DNA from: Gammaproteobacteria bacterium
Lineage (GTDB): Bacteria > Pseudomonadota > Gammaproteobacteria > Steroidobacterales > JBFFHS01
Direction: 5' to 3'
Assembly (NCBI GenBank): GCA_041556855.1
Contig: JBFFHS010000006.1
Location: forward strand, 819 to 64,818
Length of the DNA: 64,000 bases
Shown here: positions 55,767 through 64,000 of the stretch, in pieces
Position numbering within the stretch: position 1 is the stretch's first letter
Layout of the letters: the number at the start of each line of letters is the position of its first letter
Translations under genes and position numbers: made by a program
Notes under the pieces: model-generated
Database searches by the model: none
Told to the model about the DNA's origin: nothing
What the model saw: only the letters and a program-made list of their open reading frames with translations

Positions 55767-58048
55767 TGCTCAGTAGCGAACTCGAATACTGTTTGAATGA
55801 GGCTTTTCAGGCGGCGCGGGACAAGCGCCACGAGTTCATCACCGTTGAGCATTTATTGCTGGCGCTGACGGACACGCCGCAGGTTGTGGAGATTTTGCGT
55901 GCCTGCGGTGCGGAGATCGGTCGACTGCGCCGCGAGTTGGAGGATTTCATCGACGAGTCGGCACCGCTATTGCGGGACGATGACGATGCCGACGTCCAGC
56001 CGACCCTGGGTTTTCAGCGAGTGCTGCAGCGGGCCGTGTTCCATGTCCAGTCCAGCGGCCGCAAAGAGGTGACCGCGGCCAACGTTTTGGTTGCTTTGTT
56101 CAGTGAAAAGCAGTCCCAGGCGGTTTATCTGCTGGGCTTGCAGGATATCGCGCGACTGGACGTGGTGAACTATTTATCCCATGGGATCTCCAAGGTGGGC
56201 GATAGTGGTAAGCCCGAGAGTGAGGGGCTTGCGGACGCCGCGGAAGGGGACAAAGAGGACGCTGAAGCCAGTCCGCTGGAGCGTTTCACGACCAATTTGA
56301 ACGAGCAGGCGGAGCAGGGCCGCATCGACCCGCTGATTGGCAGGGAACATGAAATCGAGCGGACCGTGCAGATCCTGTGCCGGCGTCGCAAGAACAACCC
56401 GCTGTTTGTCGGTGAAGCAGGCGTGGGTAAGACCGCGTTGGCCGAGGGTTTGGCGGGGCTCATCGTGGAGGGCCGTGTGCCCGAGGTGCTGAATCAGTCC
56501 ACCATTTACGCGCTGGACATGGGTACGCTGATCGCAGGCACCAAGTACCGGGGTGATTTTGAAAAGCGGCTTAAGGGCGTAGTGGCGGAACTGAAGAAGC
56601 GCCCCGGCTCGATTCTCTTCATCGATGAGATCCATACGGTGATTGGCGCCGGCGCTGCGTCTGGCGGTGTCATGGATGCCTCGAATCTGATCAAGCCGGT
56701 GCTTGCGACCGGGGATCTGCGTTGTATCGGTTCGACCACTTATGCCGAGTACCGGGGTATTTTTGAAAAAGACCACGCCCTGGCGCGTCGCTTTCAAAAG
56801 ATCGATGTGGAAGAGCCGAGCATTGCGGAGACGATCGATATCCTCCGCGGTCTCAAATCGCGCTTTGAGGAGCATCATGGGGTCAGCTATCAGGACGAGG
56901 CACTGGTAGCAGCGGCGGAGCTCGCCAGCAAGCACATCAACGATCGTCATCTCCCCGACAAAGCCATTGATGTGATCGATGAGGCGGGCGCCCACGTGCG
57001 GCTGCAGCCCGAGGATGAACGGCCAAGCTTCATCGACGTGGACGCTATCCAGAATATCGTCGCCAAGATGGCACGCATTCCGGCGCGCACCGTGTCCGCA
57101 TCCGACCGGGATGTGCTGGCGACGCTGGAACGGGATCTGAAGATGGTGATTTTCGGCCAGGACCCAGCCATCGAAGCGCTGACTGCGGCTATTAAGATGT
57201 CCCGCTCGGGTCTGGGCGAAGAACAAAAGCCGGTGGGCTCGTTCCTGTTTGCTGGGCCCACGGGCGTTGGCAAGACCGAGGTCACGCGCCAGTTGGCCCT
57301 GACCATGGGCGTGGAATTGATTCGTTTCGATATGTCTGAGTACATGGAACGCCATACGGTATCGCGGCTCATCGGCGCGCCGCCGGGGTACGTGGGGTTT
57401 GACCAGGGGGGGCTTTTAACCGAGGCCGTAACTAAACATCCCCACGCCGTCCTCTTGCTGGACGAAGTAGAGAAAGCCCATCCGGAGGTCTTCAATCTGC
57501 TGCTGCAGGTCATGGACCATGGCACGCTGACTGACAACAATGGCCGCAAGGCTGATTTCCGCCATGTGATCATCGTGATGACGACGAATGCCGGGGCCCA
57601 GGAAATGAGCCGGGCCTCTATCGGCTTTACCAAGCAGGACCACTCCAGCGACGCGATGGAGGTCCTGAAGAAGATGTTTGCGCCGGAGTTTCGCAACCGG
57701 CTGGATGCCATCATCCAGTTCAGATCTCTGGACGAGCGGTCTATCGCGCGGGTGGTGGACAAGCTGGTGCTGGAGCTGGAGGCGCAGCTGGACAAGAACA
57801 ACGTGACGCTGGAACTGGAACCCGACGCCCGCGCCTGGATTGCGGAGCGCGGCTACGATCCCACCATGGGCGCGCGGCCCATGGCGCGCGTTATCCAGGA
57901 GCACATCAAGCGCCCGCTCGCCGAGGAGCTGTTATTCGGGGCGCTTGTGGATGGTGGCCACGTTCGCATCACCGTGGCGGAGGATGAGGAAAGTCTGCTA
58001 TTGATTCCCGAGCCGGTCACGCCCGAGCTTGAGCACCTGCCGGACTAG
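55766..58048 (+). CDS. clpA: ATP-dependent Clp protease ATP-binding subunit ClpA
   Basis: [34 protein letters not shown] is followed by two AAA+ modules (GEAGVGKTA; GPTGVGKTE). A TAATG overlap with clpS is present. The ORF-track start at 55745 is rejected. Confidence 0.96.
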   Translation: MLSSELEYCLNEAFQAARDKRHEFITVEHLLLALTDTPQVVEILRACGAEIGRLRRELEDFIDESAPLLRDDDDADVQPTLGFQRVLQRAVFHVQSSGRKEVTAANVLVALFSEKQSQAVYLLGLQDIARLDVVNYLSHGISKVGDSGKPESEGLADAAEGDKEDAEASPLERFTTNLNEQAEQGRIDPLIGREHEIERTVQILCRRRKNNPLFVGEAGVGKTALAEGLAGLIVEGRVPEVLNQSTIYALDMGTLIAGTKYRGDFEKRLKGVVAELKKRPGSILFIDEIHTVIGAGAASGGVMDASNLIKPVLATGDLRCIGSTTYAEYRGIFEKDHALARRFQKIDVEEPSIAETIDILRGLKSRFEEHHGVSYQDEALVAAAELASKHINDRHLPDKAIDVIDEAGAHVRLQPEDERPSFIDVDAIQNIVAKMARIPARTVSASDRDVLATLERDLKMVIFGQDPAIEALTAAIKMSRSGLGEEQKPVGSFLFAGPTGVGKTEVTRQLALTMGVELIRFDMSEYMERHTVSRLIGAPPGYVGFDQGGLLTEAVTKHPHAVLLLDEVEKAHPEVFNLLLQVMDHGTLTDNNGRKADFRHVIIVMTTNAGAQEMSRASIGFTKQDHSSDAMEVLKKMFAPEFRNRLDAIIQFRSLDERSIARVVDKLVLELEAQLDKNNVTLELEPDARAWIAERGYDPTMGARPMARVIQEHIKRPLAEELLFGALVDGGHVRITVAEDEESLLLIPEPVTPELEHLPD

Positions 58049-58263
58049 CGGCCGCGATAAACGATACGCCCTTTGCTCAGGTCATACGGCGTCAATTCCA
58101 CCGTGACCTTATCGCCGGTCAGGATGCGGATGTAGTTTTTTCGCATCTTGCCCGAGATATGGGCTGTGACGATGTGTCCGTTGTCCAGTTCCACACGGAA
58201 GGTTGTGTTGGGCAGCGTTTCCACCACCATGCCTTCCATCTGAATTGCTTCTTCCTTGGCCAT
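58045..58263 (-). CDS. infA: translation initiation factor IF-1
   Basis: [70 protein letters not shown] is an essentially canonical IF-1. Confidence 0.98.
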   Translation of the reverse strand: MAKEEAIQMEGMVVETLPNTTFRVELDNGHIVTAHISGKMRKNYIRILTGDKVTVELTPYDLSKGRIVYRGR

Positions 58264-58332
58264 GCACCCTCAAAATGACGCCCGCCGGCGGGCGCGAATT
58301 GTTGCATAACCTGTGGAGGCCTTGCAACGCGG

Positions 58333-59094
58333 TCAACGGCGCCACGCCAAGCATTGCGGCATGTGAAGGAACTGCGCAAAGGGTTCGCGCCAGGATCCCG
58401 GGGTGCCCTGTGGCTGACAAAATTGCTGCAACTGTGCGACAAATTCGGCGCGTGGTATCAGCGTGGCGCCCAGGGACTGCAGGTGGGCGGACCAGTCCTG
58501 GCAGTCCAGCAGCACATAATCCTGCTGCTGCAGATAGGCACAAAGATGCGCCAGCGCAATCTTCGAGGCATCCCGCCGTCTGGAGAACATGGACTCGCCG
58601 AAGAACACCCGACCAATGGCTAGACCGTAAATGCCACCTACCAGGCGATCATCCGCCCACACTTCCACCGAGTGACACCAGCCGGACCGGTGTAAGGCCT
58701 GGTAGGCCGCTGCCATCTCAGCGGTGATCCATGTGCCACCGCCGTAACGTCGCGGTTCCGCGCAGTTGGCGATCACCTGATCGAAGGCGCTGTCCGCACT
58801 GCACTGCAATGTACCCTGGCGCAGGGTTCGTGCCAGGCGTCGGCTGACGCGCAGTTCGGCCGGCCGCAGCACGGCGCGCGGATCCGGCGACCACCACAGA
58901 ATCGGTTGACCGTCCTCGTACCAGGGGAAGATGCCGCGGGGATAGGCTGTTAGCAGCCGCTCTGCGGAAAGATCGCCGCCCGCGGCCAGCAGGCCGTTGG
59001 GGTTTTCCAGGGCGTGGGCGACGGGCGGGAAGGCGTCCGGCGGATCGCTGGCGGACAGCCAGGCGATACCCGTGTGGCCGCGGCCGTTACGCAT
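58333..59094 (-). CDS. aat: leucyl/phenylalanyl-tRNA--protein transferase
   Basis: NGLLAAGGDLSAERLLTAYPRGIFPWY, WWSPDPRAVL and GESMFS motifs are present. Confidence 0.92.
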   Translation of the reverse strand: MRNGRGHTGIAWLSASDPPDAFPPVAHALENPNGLLAAGGDLSAERLLTAYPRGIFPWYEDGQPILWWSPDPRAVLRPAELRVSRRLARTLRQGTLQCSADSAFDQVIANCAEPRRYGGGTWITAEMAAAYQALHRSGWCHSVEVWADDRLVGGIYGLAIGRVFFGESMFSRRRDASKIALAHLCAYLQQQDYVLLDCQDWSAHLQSLGATLIPRAEFVAQLQQFCQPQGTPGSWREPFAQFLHMPQCLAWRR

Positions 59095-60250
59095 CAGTCA
59101 CCTGGCGCCGATAGGGCACGTGCGCGGACATCTCGTCCATGTAGGCGTCAATGTGCATGCGTTCCCGCTGTAGGAAATCCGCGACAGCGCTCTGGAAGGC
59201 AGCATCCGCTAACCAATGTCCAGACCAGGTAGCCTGGGGTCGAAAGCCTCGGCTGAGCTTGTGCTCACCCTGCGTGCCTGGTTCAAAGCGAGACAGACCT
59301 TCCCGAATACAAAAGTCTATACCCTGGTAGTAGCAGGTCTCGAAGTGCAGGCTATGAAAATCCGCCAGGCTGCCCCAGTAGCGGCCATACAGCGTGTCGG
59401 CGCTGCGAAAGCAGATGGCGGCAGCGATGGGCTGGTTTTCGAAGCTGGCCAGGAAAATGATGACCGAATCGGCCATGGTTTTGCGTACCTCATCGAAAAA
59501 CGCGCGGTTCAGGTAGGGCGGTCTGCCCCGCCGCAGGAAGGTGCGCGAATAAAAACCGAACACCGCTTCCCACTCCAAATCCGTGGGCTCGTCACCGCGC
59601 AGCACCTTGAACTGGATGCCCTGTTCAGCGATGCGGCGTCGCTCTCGACGGGTATTTTTGCGCTTTTTGGCAGTAAAGGTGCTGAGGAATTCTTCGAAGT
59701 CCCCATAGCCATGATTGTGCCAATGGAACTGACAGTCCTTGCGCAGCATCAATCCACGGGCTTGCAGCGCCGCGTGCTCCGCGGGGTCGGGGAAGAGCAC
59801 GTGCAGTGAGGATACTCGCTGCTGCTCGGCCACCTCGAGGGCAGCATCCAGCAAGGTGGTGGCGGTGGCAGCCGGGGCATCGGATGCCATCAGCAATCGT
59901 GTCCCCGTGGCGGGGGTAAAAGGTACCGCGGAGACGAGCTTCGGATAGTACGACAGCCCGGCCTGGTTGTAGGCGTTAGCCCAGCCCCAGTCAAAGACGA
60001 ATTCGCCCCAGGAGTTGTCCTTGAGATAGAGCGGCAGGGCACCCACCATGCGATCGTGGTTATCCCATAGCGTCACGTGCTGGGGTTGCCAGCCGCTCGC
60101 GGCGCTGGCACAGCCGTGCCGTTCCATGGCCGAAAGGAATTCGTGGCGAAGGAATACGTCATCCCCGGCCAGCGCGTTCCATGCGTCTGCCGGAATGTCG
60201 GCTATGCTGTCGTGGCGATGCCAGCCGGCTGCCAAGGGGCGCGCTGCCAT
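59087..60250 (-). CDS. FemAB-like GNAT-fold protein (DUF482/COG3146 family)
   Basis: YYPKLVSAVPFTPATGTRLL, CYYQGIDFCIREGLSRFEPGTQGEHKLSRGF and a full length of about 390 aa match my recollection of the DUF482 'FemAB_like' family. The stop overlaps the aat start (ATGCGTAA). Confidence 0.75.
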   Translation of the reverse strand: MAARPLAAGWHRHDSIADIPADAWNALAGDDVFLRHEFLSAMERHGCASAASGWQPQHVTLWDNHDRMVGALPLYLKDNSWGEFVFDWGWANAYNQAGLSYYPKLVSAVPFTPATGTRLLMASDAPAATATTLLDAALEVAEQQRVSSLHVLFPDPAEHAALQARGLMLRKDCQFHWHNHGYGDFEEFLSTFTAKKRKNTRRERRRIAEQGIQFKVLRGDEPTDLEWEAVFGFYSRTFLRRGRPPYLNRAFFDEVRKTMADSVIIFLASFENQPIAAAICFRSADTLYGRYWGSLADFHSLHFETCYYQGIDFCIREGLSRFEPGTQGEHKLSRGFRPQATWSGHWLADAAFQSAVADFLQRERMHIDAYMDEMSAHVPYRRQVTDA

Positions 60251-60415
60251 ATGGTGAAAGAGTCTCTGGATTCGTGAAGGCTTGCAGTCGTGCCATACTA
60301 TGCCAGAGGCTGGAATGCGGCGGCAGAGGGCTCTGGGGTCTGCTGGTTGGCTCCCGGTCTTTTTCGCTTATAATCAGCTCGTTAAAGCTTACTCGTGCAG
60401 TGATGCCTGAAACGC

Positions 60416-62707
60416 GTGGCTAAGACCACCACTCATTCCCGGGTACACCTGGTCGTACCCGGAATCCGGACCCTGCGCGAGTCAGCGCTATGGGTATTCG
60501 CGGGCCTCGCCCTCATTCTGCTGGTGGCGCTGGGCAGTTACAATCCGCTGGATCCTGCCTTCAGCGTGGCGGGCGACGCCCGGCCAGTCACAAACCGCAT
60601 CGGGCCCGCCGGTGCCTGGTTTGCCGACCTGGCGTTCATGTTGTTCGGTCGTCCCGCCTTTCTGTTTCCCGCCCTGGTGTTCCTGCTGGGCTGGCTGGTA
60701 TTTCGCCAGCGCCGCAGTGCTGAGCCGATCAACCGTGCTGCGCTGGCCACGCGCACTGGCGGTTTCCTGCTGACCCTGGTGACGAGTTGCGGCTTGGCGA
60801 CGCTGCATTTCGCGCCAGGCATCATGCGCGAAACCGCTGGCGGTATTGTCGGTCAACTGGTGGGCGGCGGCCTGCAGTCCATCTTGAGTCTGCTGGGCGG
60901 CACGGTGTTGCTGCTGGTGTTGTGGCTTGCAGCTGTGTCGTTATTCACGGGCGTCTCCTGGCTTGCGGTCATGGACCGTCTCGGCCGGGCCGTTTTCACG
61001 CTCGCGGCTGTGGCGGAAAACGCCGTGGAGCGCCTGCGCACGCTCCTGGCAGCGCGCCAGGCGCGCCAGGCTCGCCAGGAAGTCGTTACCGCGACCCGCG
61101 CCCTGGTCAAGCATAAAGAAGCACCCCGCATCGAGCCGAGCCTGGGTAAACCGGAGGCGAGTCGAAGGGCGGAGCGGGAACGTCAGGTGCCGCTGTTTAC
61201 GCCGCCGAGCAGCACCGCGCTGCCGCCGCTGTCCCTGCTGGATGATCCGCCGGCGGCGGAGGGTGGCTATTCCGCTGAAGCGCTGGAGGCGATGTCGCGA
61301 CTGGTAGAGCTGAAGCTGGCGGACTTCGGCATCGACGTGGAGGTCGTGGCCGTCCACCCGGGCCCCGTCGTGACGCGTTTCGAGTTGCGCCCCGGTCCCG
61401 GCGTCAAGGTCAGCCAGATCAGCAACCTGGCCAAGGACTTGGCCCGGTCCCTGTCGGTAGTCAGCGTGCGGGTGGTGGAAGTTATTCCCGGCAAGCCGGT
61501 GGTTGGTCTGGAGATCCCCAATGAGTCGCGCGAGATAGTCAGTCTCGGTGAGATTATCAAGTCCCGCGCCTATGACGAGCTTAAGGCACCCCTGACTCTC
61601 GCGCTGGGCAAGGACATCAGCGGTCAGCCGCTTGTGGCGGACCTGGCGCGGATGCCTCATTTGTTGATTGCCGGTACGACGGGCTCAGGTAAATCAGTGG
61701 CGATCAACGCCATGGTGCTGAGCTTGCTGTACAAGTCGTCGCCGGAACATGTACGGCTCATCATGATTGACCCCAAGATGCTGGAATTGTCGGTCTATGA
61801 AGGCATCCCTCATCTGCTGGCGCCGGTCGTGACAGACATGAAAGAAGCGGCCAACGCGCTGCGCTGGTGCGTGGCCGAGATGGAGCGGCGGTACGCGCTG
61901 ATGGCCGGCCTGGGCGTGCGCAACATCGGCGGCTACAACCGCAAAGTCAGTGACGCGATCGACAAGGGTCAGCCGATCGCCGATCCCACCTGGACGGTTG
62001 ATCCCGATGATCCGGATAGCCAGGCGGAGAGCCTGGAGCCGCTGCCCTACATCGTGGTGATCATCGACGAGCTGGCCGACATGATGATGCTGGTGGGTAA
62101 GAAGGTGGAGGAGCTGATTGCCCGCCTCGCGCAGAAGGCGCGCGCATCCGGCATTCACATGATTATTGCCACCCAGCGACCGTCCGTGGATGTGATCACT
62201 GGATTGATCAAGGCCAACATTCCGTCGCGGATTGCCTTTCAAGTGTCCGCAAAGGTGGACTCGCGAACCATCCTGGACCAGATCGGGGCCGAGCATCTTC
62301 TGGGCCACGGCGATATGCTGTTCCTTCCGTCGGGCACTTCCATGCCCACTCGCATTCACGGCGCCTTCGTGTCCGACGAGGAGGTACATACAGTGGTTGG
62401 GCATCTGCGGGCAAGTGGCAGCCCGGCGTTTATCGAGGAAATTCTCGATGGTCCCAGCGGTCCAACGCCGGGTATGGAGCCGTCTGCGGATGACGATGAC
62501 GCTGAACAGGACCCGCTGTATGACCAAGCTGTGCGGATTGTCACGGAAACGCGCAAAGCATCCATTTCGGGGGTGCAGCGCCGTCTCAAAATTGGCTACA
62601 ACCGGGCTGCCCGGATGGTGGAACAGATGGAAGAAGCGGGCCTGGTGGGTCCTCTGCAAGCCAACGGTGCCCGCGAGGTGCTGGCCCCGCCGCCGCCAGC
62701 GGACTAA
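60416..62707 (+). CDS. ftsK: DNA translocase FtsK
   Basis: An N-terminal 4-TM domain, a linker, the motor domain ([21 protein letters not shown]) and the gamma-domain wHTH ([23 protein letters not shown]) are present. The start is GTG. Confidence 0.95.
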   Translation: MAKTTTHSRVHLVVPGIRTLRESALWVFAGLALILLVALGSYNPLDPAFSVAGDARPVTNRIGPAGAWFADLAFMLFGRPAFLFPALVFLLGWLVFRQRRSAEPINRAALATRTGGFLLTLVTSCGLATLHFAPGIMRETAGGIVGQLVGGGLQSILSLLGGTVLLLVLWLAAVSLFTGVSWLAVMDRLGRAVFTLAAVAENAVERLRTLLAARQARQARQEVVTATRALVKHKEAPRIEPSLGKPEASRRAERERQVPLFTPPSSTALPPLSLLDDPPAAEGGYSAEALEAMSRLVELKLADFGIDVEVVAVHPGPVVTRFELRPGPGVKVSQISNLAKDLARSLSVVSVRVVEVIPGKPVVGLEIPNESREIVSLGEIIKSRAYDELKAPLTLALGKDISGQPLVADLARMPHLLIAGTTGSGKSVAINAMVLSLLYKSSPEHVRLIMIDPKMLELSVYEGIPHLLAPVVTDMKEAANALRWCVAEMERRYALMAGLGVRNIGGYNRKVSDAIDKGQPIADPTWTVDPDDPDSQAESLEPLPYIVVIIDELADMMMLVGKKVEELIARLAQKARASGIHMIIATQRPSVDVITGLIKANIPSRIAFQVSAKVDSRTILDQIGAEHLLGHGDMLFLPSGTSMPTRIHGAFVSDEEVHTVVGHLRASGSPAFIEEILDGPSGPTPGMEPSADDDDAEQDPLYDQAVRIVTETRKASISGVQRRLKIGYNRAARMVEQMEEAGLVGPLQANGAREVLAPPPPAD

Positions 62708-62717
62708 GGCGCAACCC

Positions 62718-63341
62718 GTGACGTGGCGTTCCGCGTTGGCTGCGATGCTGTCGCTGATGGCGATGGCCCAAGCTGCTCTGTCCGAGCCTGTGGTGCTGGA
62801 TCAGTTCCTGGCTAACACCCAGACTCTGCGGGCTGAATTTCGCCAGGAGCTTCGCGACACCGGGGGCCAGGTGTTAGAAGTGGCCGGCGGTCGTGTTCTG
62901 ATCAAGCGGCCAAATCGATTTCAGTGGCAGTATCAGGAGCCCTATGAGCAGCTGGTGCTGGCCGATGGCGAGCGGCTCTGGATTTACGATAAGGACCTGG
63001 CGCAGGCGAGCGTCGCCCCGATCGGCAGCGCGCTCGCAGCAACTCCGGCGTTGCTGTTGAGCGGTGAACGGGTTGTCAGCGATGACTTTGAGCTGCAAGC
63101 GTCATTCAGCCGCGATGGCTTGGAGTGGGTGCTGCTCAAGCCCCGACTCGTCAGTGCCGATTTCACTAGTCTGGCCCTGGCCTTCGAGGCGGATGATCTG
63201 AAATTCATGGAACTGACGGACAATCTGGATCAGGTGACCTTTATTGAGTTCTCCAACCTGGAGCGCAATCCGCAGTTGAGCGAAGACCTGTTTCGCTTCC
63301 GAGTGCCGCCGGGCGTGGATGTGATCGGCGAGGGCGGCTGA
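62718..63341 (+). CDS. lolA: outer-membrane lipoprotein chaperone LolA
   Basis: A signal peptide (WRSALAAMLSLMAMAQA) and the FxQ...LW(I)YD pattern (RPNRFQWQYQEPYEQLVLADGERLWIYD) are present. GTG 62718 lies after the ftsK stop. The ORF-track start at 62232 lies inside ftsK. Confidence 0.9.
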   Translation: MTWRSALAAMLSLMAMAQAALSEPVVLDQFLANTQTLRAEFRQELRDTGGQVLEVAGGRVLIKRPNRFQWQYQEPYEQLVLADGERLWIYDKDLAQASVAPIGSALAATPALLLSGERVVSDDFELQASFSRDGLEWVLLKPRLVSADFTSLALAFEADDLKFMELTDNLDQVTFIEFSNLERNPQLSEDLFRFRVPPGVDVIGEGG

Positions 63342-63346
63342 CAGCG

Positions 63347-63742
63347 ATGCGGCCGCTCAAGGCACCCTGGCTGTGGTTGGCGCTGGGCTGGCTGCTGGTG
63401 GCAGGTACCTGTTTCGCCAGCCTAGTGCCAGGGGATCGCCTCCCCGTGCCGGGGGGGCACGACAAGATGCTTCACATTGTGACCTATTGTTTGCTCATGA
63501 TCTGGTTCGCCGGAATCTATCGTGTGGGACGCTTTCCGTTTATCGCCGGCGGCTTGTTGCTGTTGGGTCTGGCATTGGAGTTCGGTCAGCGGCTGGTCGC
63601 GTCCCGCACCTTCGACGGGTTTGATGTGGCGGCCAATGCGCTCGGCATTGTTCTGGGCGTGGTACTGGCGATGACGGTCTTGGGCGGCTGGTGCCAGCGG
63701 GTAGAGGGTTGGTTTTTCGGCAAGCCATCGAGGGCGTCTTGA
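63347..63742 (+). CDS. VanZ-like family membrane protein
   Basis: Four hydrophobic segments with [12 protein letters not shown] and LEFGQRL...R.FD..D..AN motifs are typical of VanZ-like proteins. Confidence 0.7.
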   Translation: MRPLKAPWLWLALGWLLVAGTCFASLVPGDRLPVPGGHDKMLHIVTYCLLMIWFAGIYRVGRFPFIAGGLLLLGLALEFGQRLVASRTFDGFDVAANALGIVLGVVLAMTVLGGWCQRVEGWFFGKPSRAS

Positions 63743-64000
63743 GCGCTGACGCGCCGCTGGCGGCCGGCCATCGGGTGCCCCTGGCCGAGCGGGCTCGACC
63801 CCGCATTGCCGCAGCCTTTATCGGCCAGGCTCACCTCGTTGGGCCCGGCAGACCCCTTGCCGCGATGCTCGCGGGCAAGGCACTGCAATCGCTGATCCTT
63901 TGGGGGCCCCCCGGTACCGGTAAGACCACCCTGGCGCGCCTCATGGCGACAGTGTCGGAAGCCGAGTTCATCAGCCTCTCAGCAGTGATGGCGGGTGTTA
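63739..64000 (+). CDS. rarA: replication-associated recombination protein A, N-terminal fragment (3' end outside window)
   Basis: Frame-1 translation reads [57 protein letters not shown]... and is open to the window edge. The candidate TTG start at 63739 overlaps the vanZ-like stop (TTGA). Confidence 0.85.
   Translation, partial: MSADAPLAAGHRVPLAERARPRIAAAFIGQAHLVGPGRPLAAMLAGKALQSLILWGPPGTGKTTLARLMATVSEAEFISLSAVMAGV

Noticed and set aside
58045-58048. Convergent genes share their stop codons: clpA/infA at CTAG here, and GGDEF/csiV-like at CTAA (14425-14428).
   Set aside because: This is real but trivial compaction. It only implies the absence of intrinsic terminators between these convergent pairs and gives no evidence of function.
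1-64000. I looked for tRNA, rRNA, tmRNA and CRISPR repeats, IS elements and transposases, integrases, toxin-antitoxin pairs and known defence genes.
   Set aside because: None was recognisable in any intergenic gap or ORF translation. The largest non-coding gaps (36066-36431, 42848-43195, 23764-23999, 55260-55436, 60251-60415) are explained as divergent promoter or leader regions.

Overview
This is a high-GC stretch of gammaproteobacterial core chromosome. Hand-counted 120-nt samples give about 60-65% GC, against about 50% at the start of lexA. Coding density is about 90%, with roughly 65 protein genes. I found no rRNA, tRNA, CRISPR array, transposase or integrase by eye. Most of the window consists of well-known conserved blocks:
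- rpoE(3' end)-rseA-rseB-rseC-grx-like-lepA-lepB-DUF4845-rnc-era-recO-pdxJ-acpS
- rlmD, a YkuD-domain gene, nagZ and an MTAP-like gene
- mfd with a csiV-like gene
- sfsA
- lolC-lolE-lolD / DUF2062 / comEC-exbB-exbD-msbA-lpxK-kdsB
- rne, divergent from rluC
- maf / yceD-rpmF-plsX-fabH
- clpS-clpA / infA-aat
- ftsK-lolA-vanZ-rarA(5' end)

The least ordinary part is about 40.8-55.3 kb, where the fab cluster stops after fabH. It is followed by a DUF1232 gene, a LysM-YkuD L,D-transpeptidase convergent with an OprI/Lpp-like lipoprotein, a lexA-imuA-imuB-dnaE2 SOS mutagenesis operon behind two canonical SOS boxes, a small very acidic ORF, and a type II secretion block that contains only gspC-D-E-F.

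I do not see a clear-cut, wholly novel multi-gene system. The best candidates for follow-up are:
- a FemAB-like/DUF482 gene translationally coupled to aat inside the ClpS/ClpA N-degron neighbourhood, where bpt is often found
- a LOV-like-PAS/degenerate-GGDEF protein that keeps the RxxD I-site
- the Ldt/Lpp-like pair
- an orphan ExbBD motor inside the lipid A/LPS export block
- a perfect 12-bp hairpin abutting the glycerate kinase start codon

All family assignments rest on reading the translated ORFs and remembered motifs and synteny. No database search was run. Many long antisense or alternate-frame ORFs in the track are typical high-GC artefacts and were rejected.
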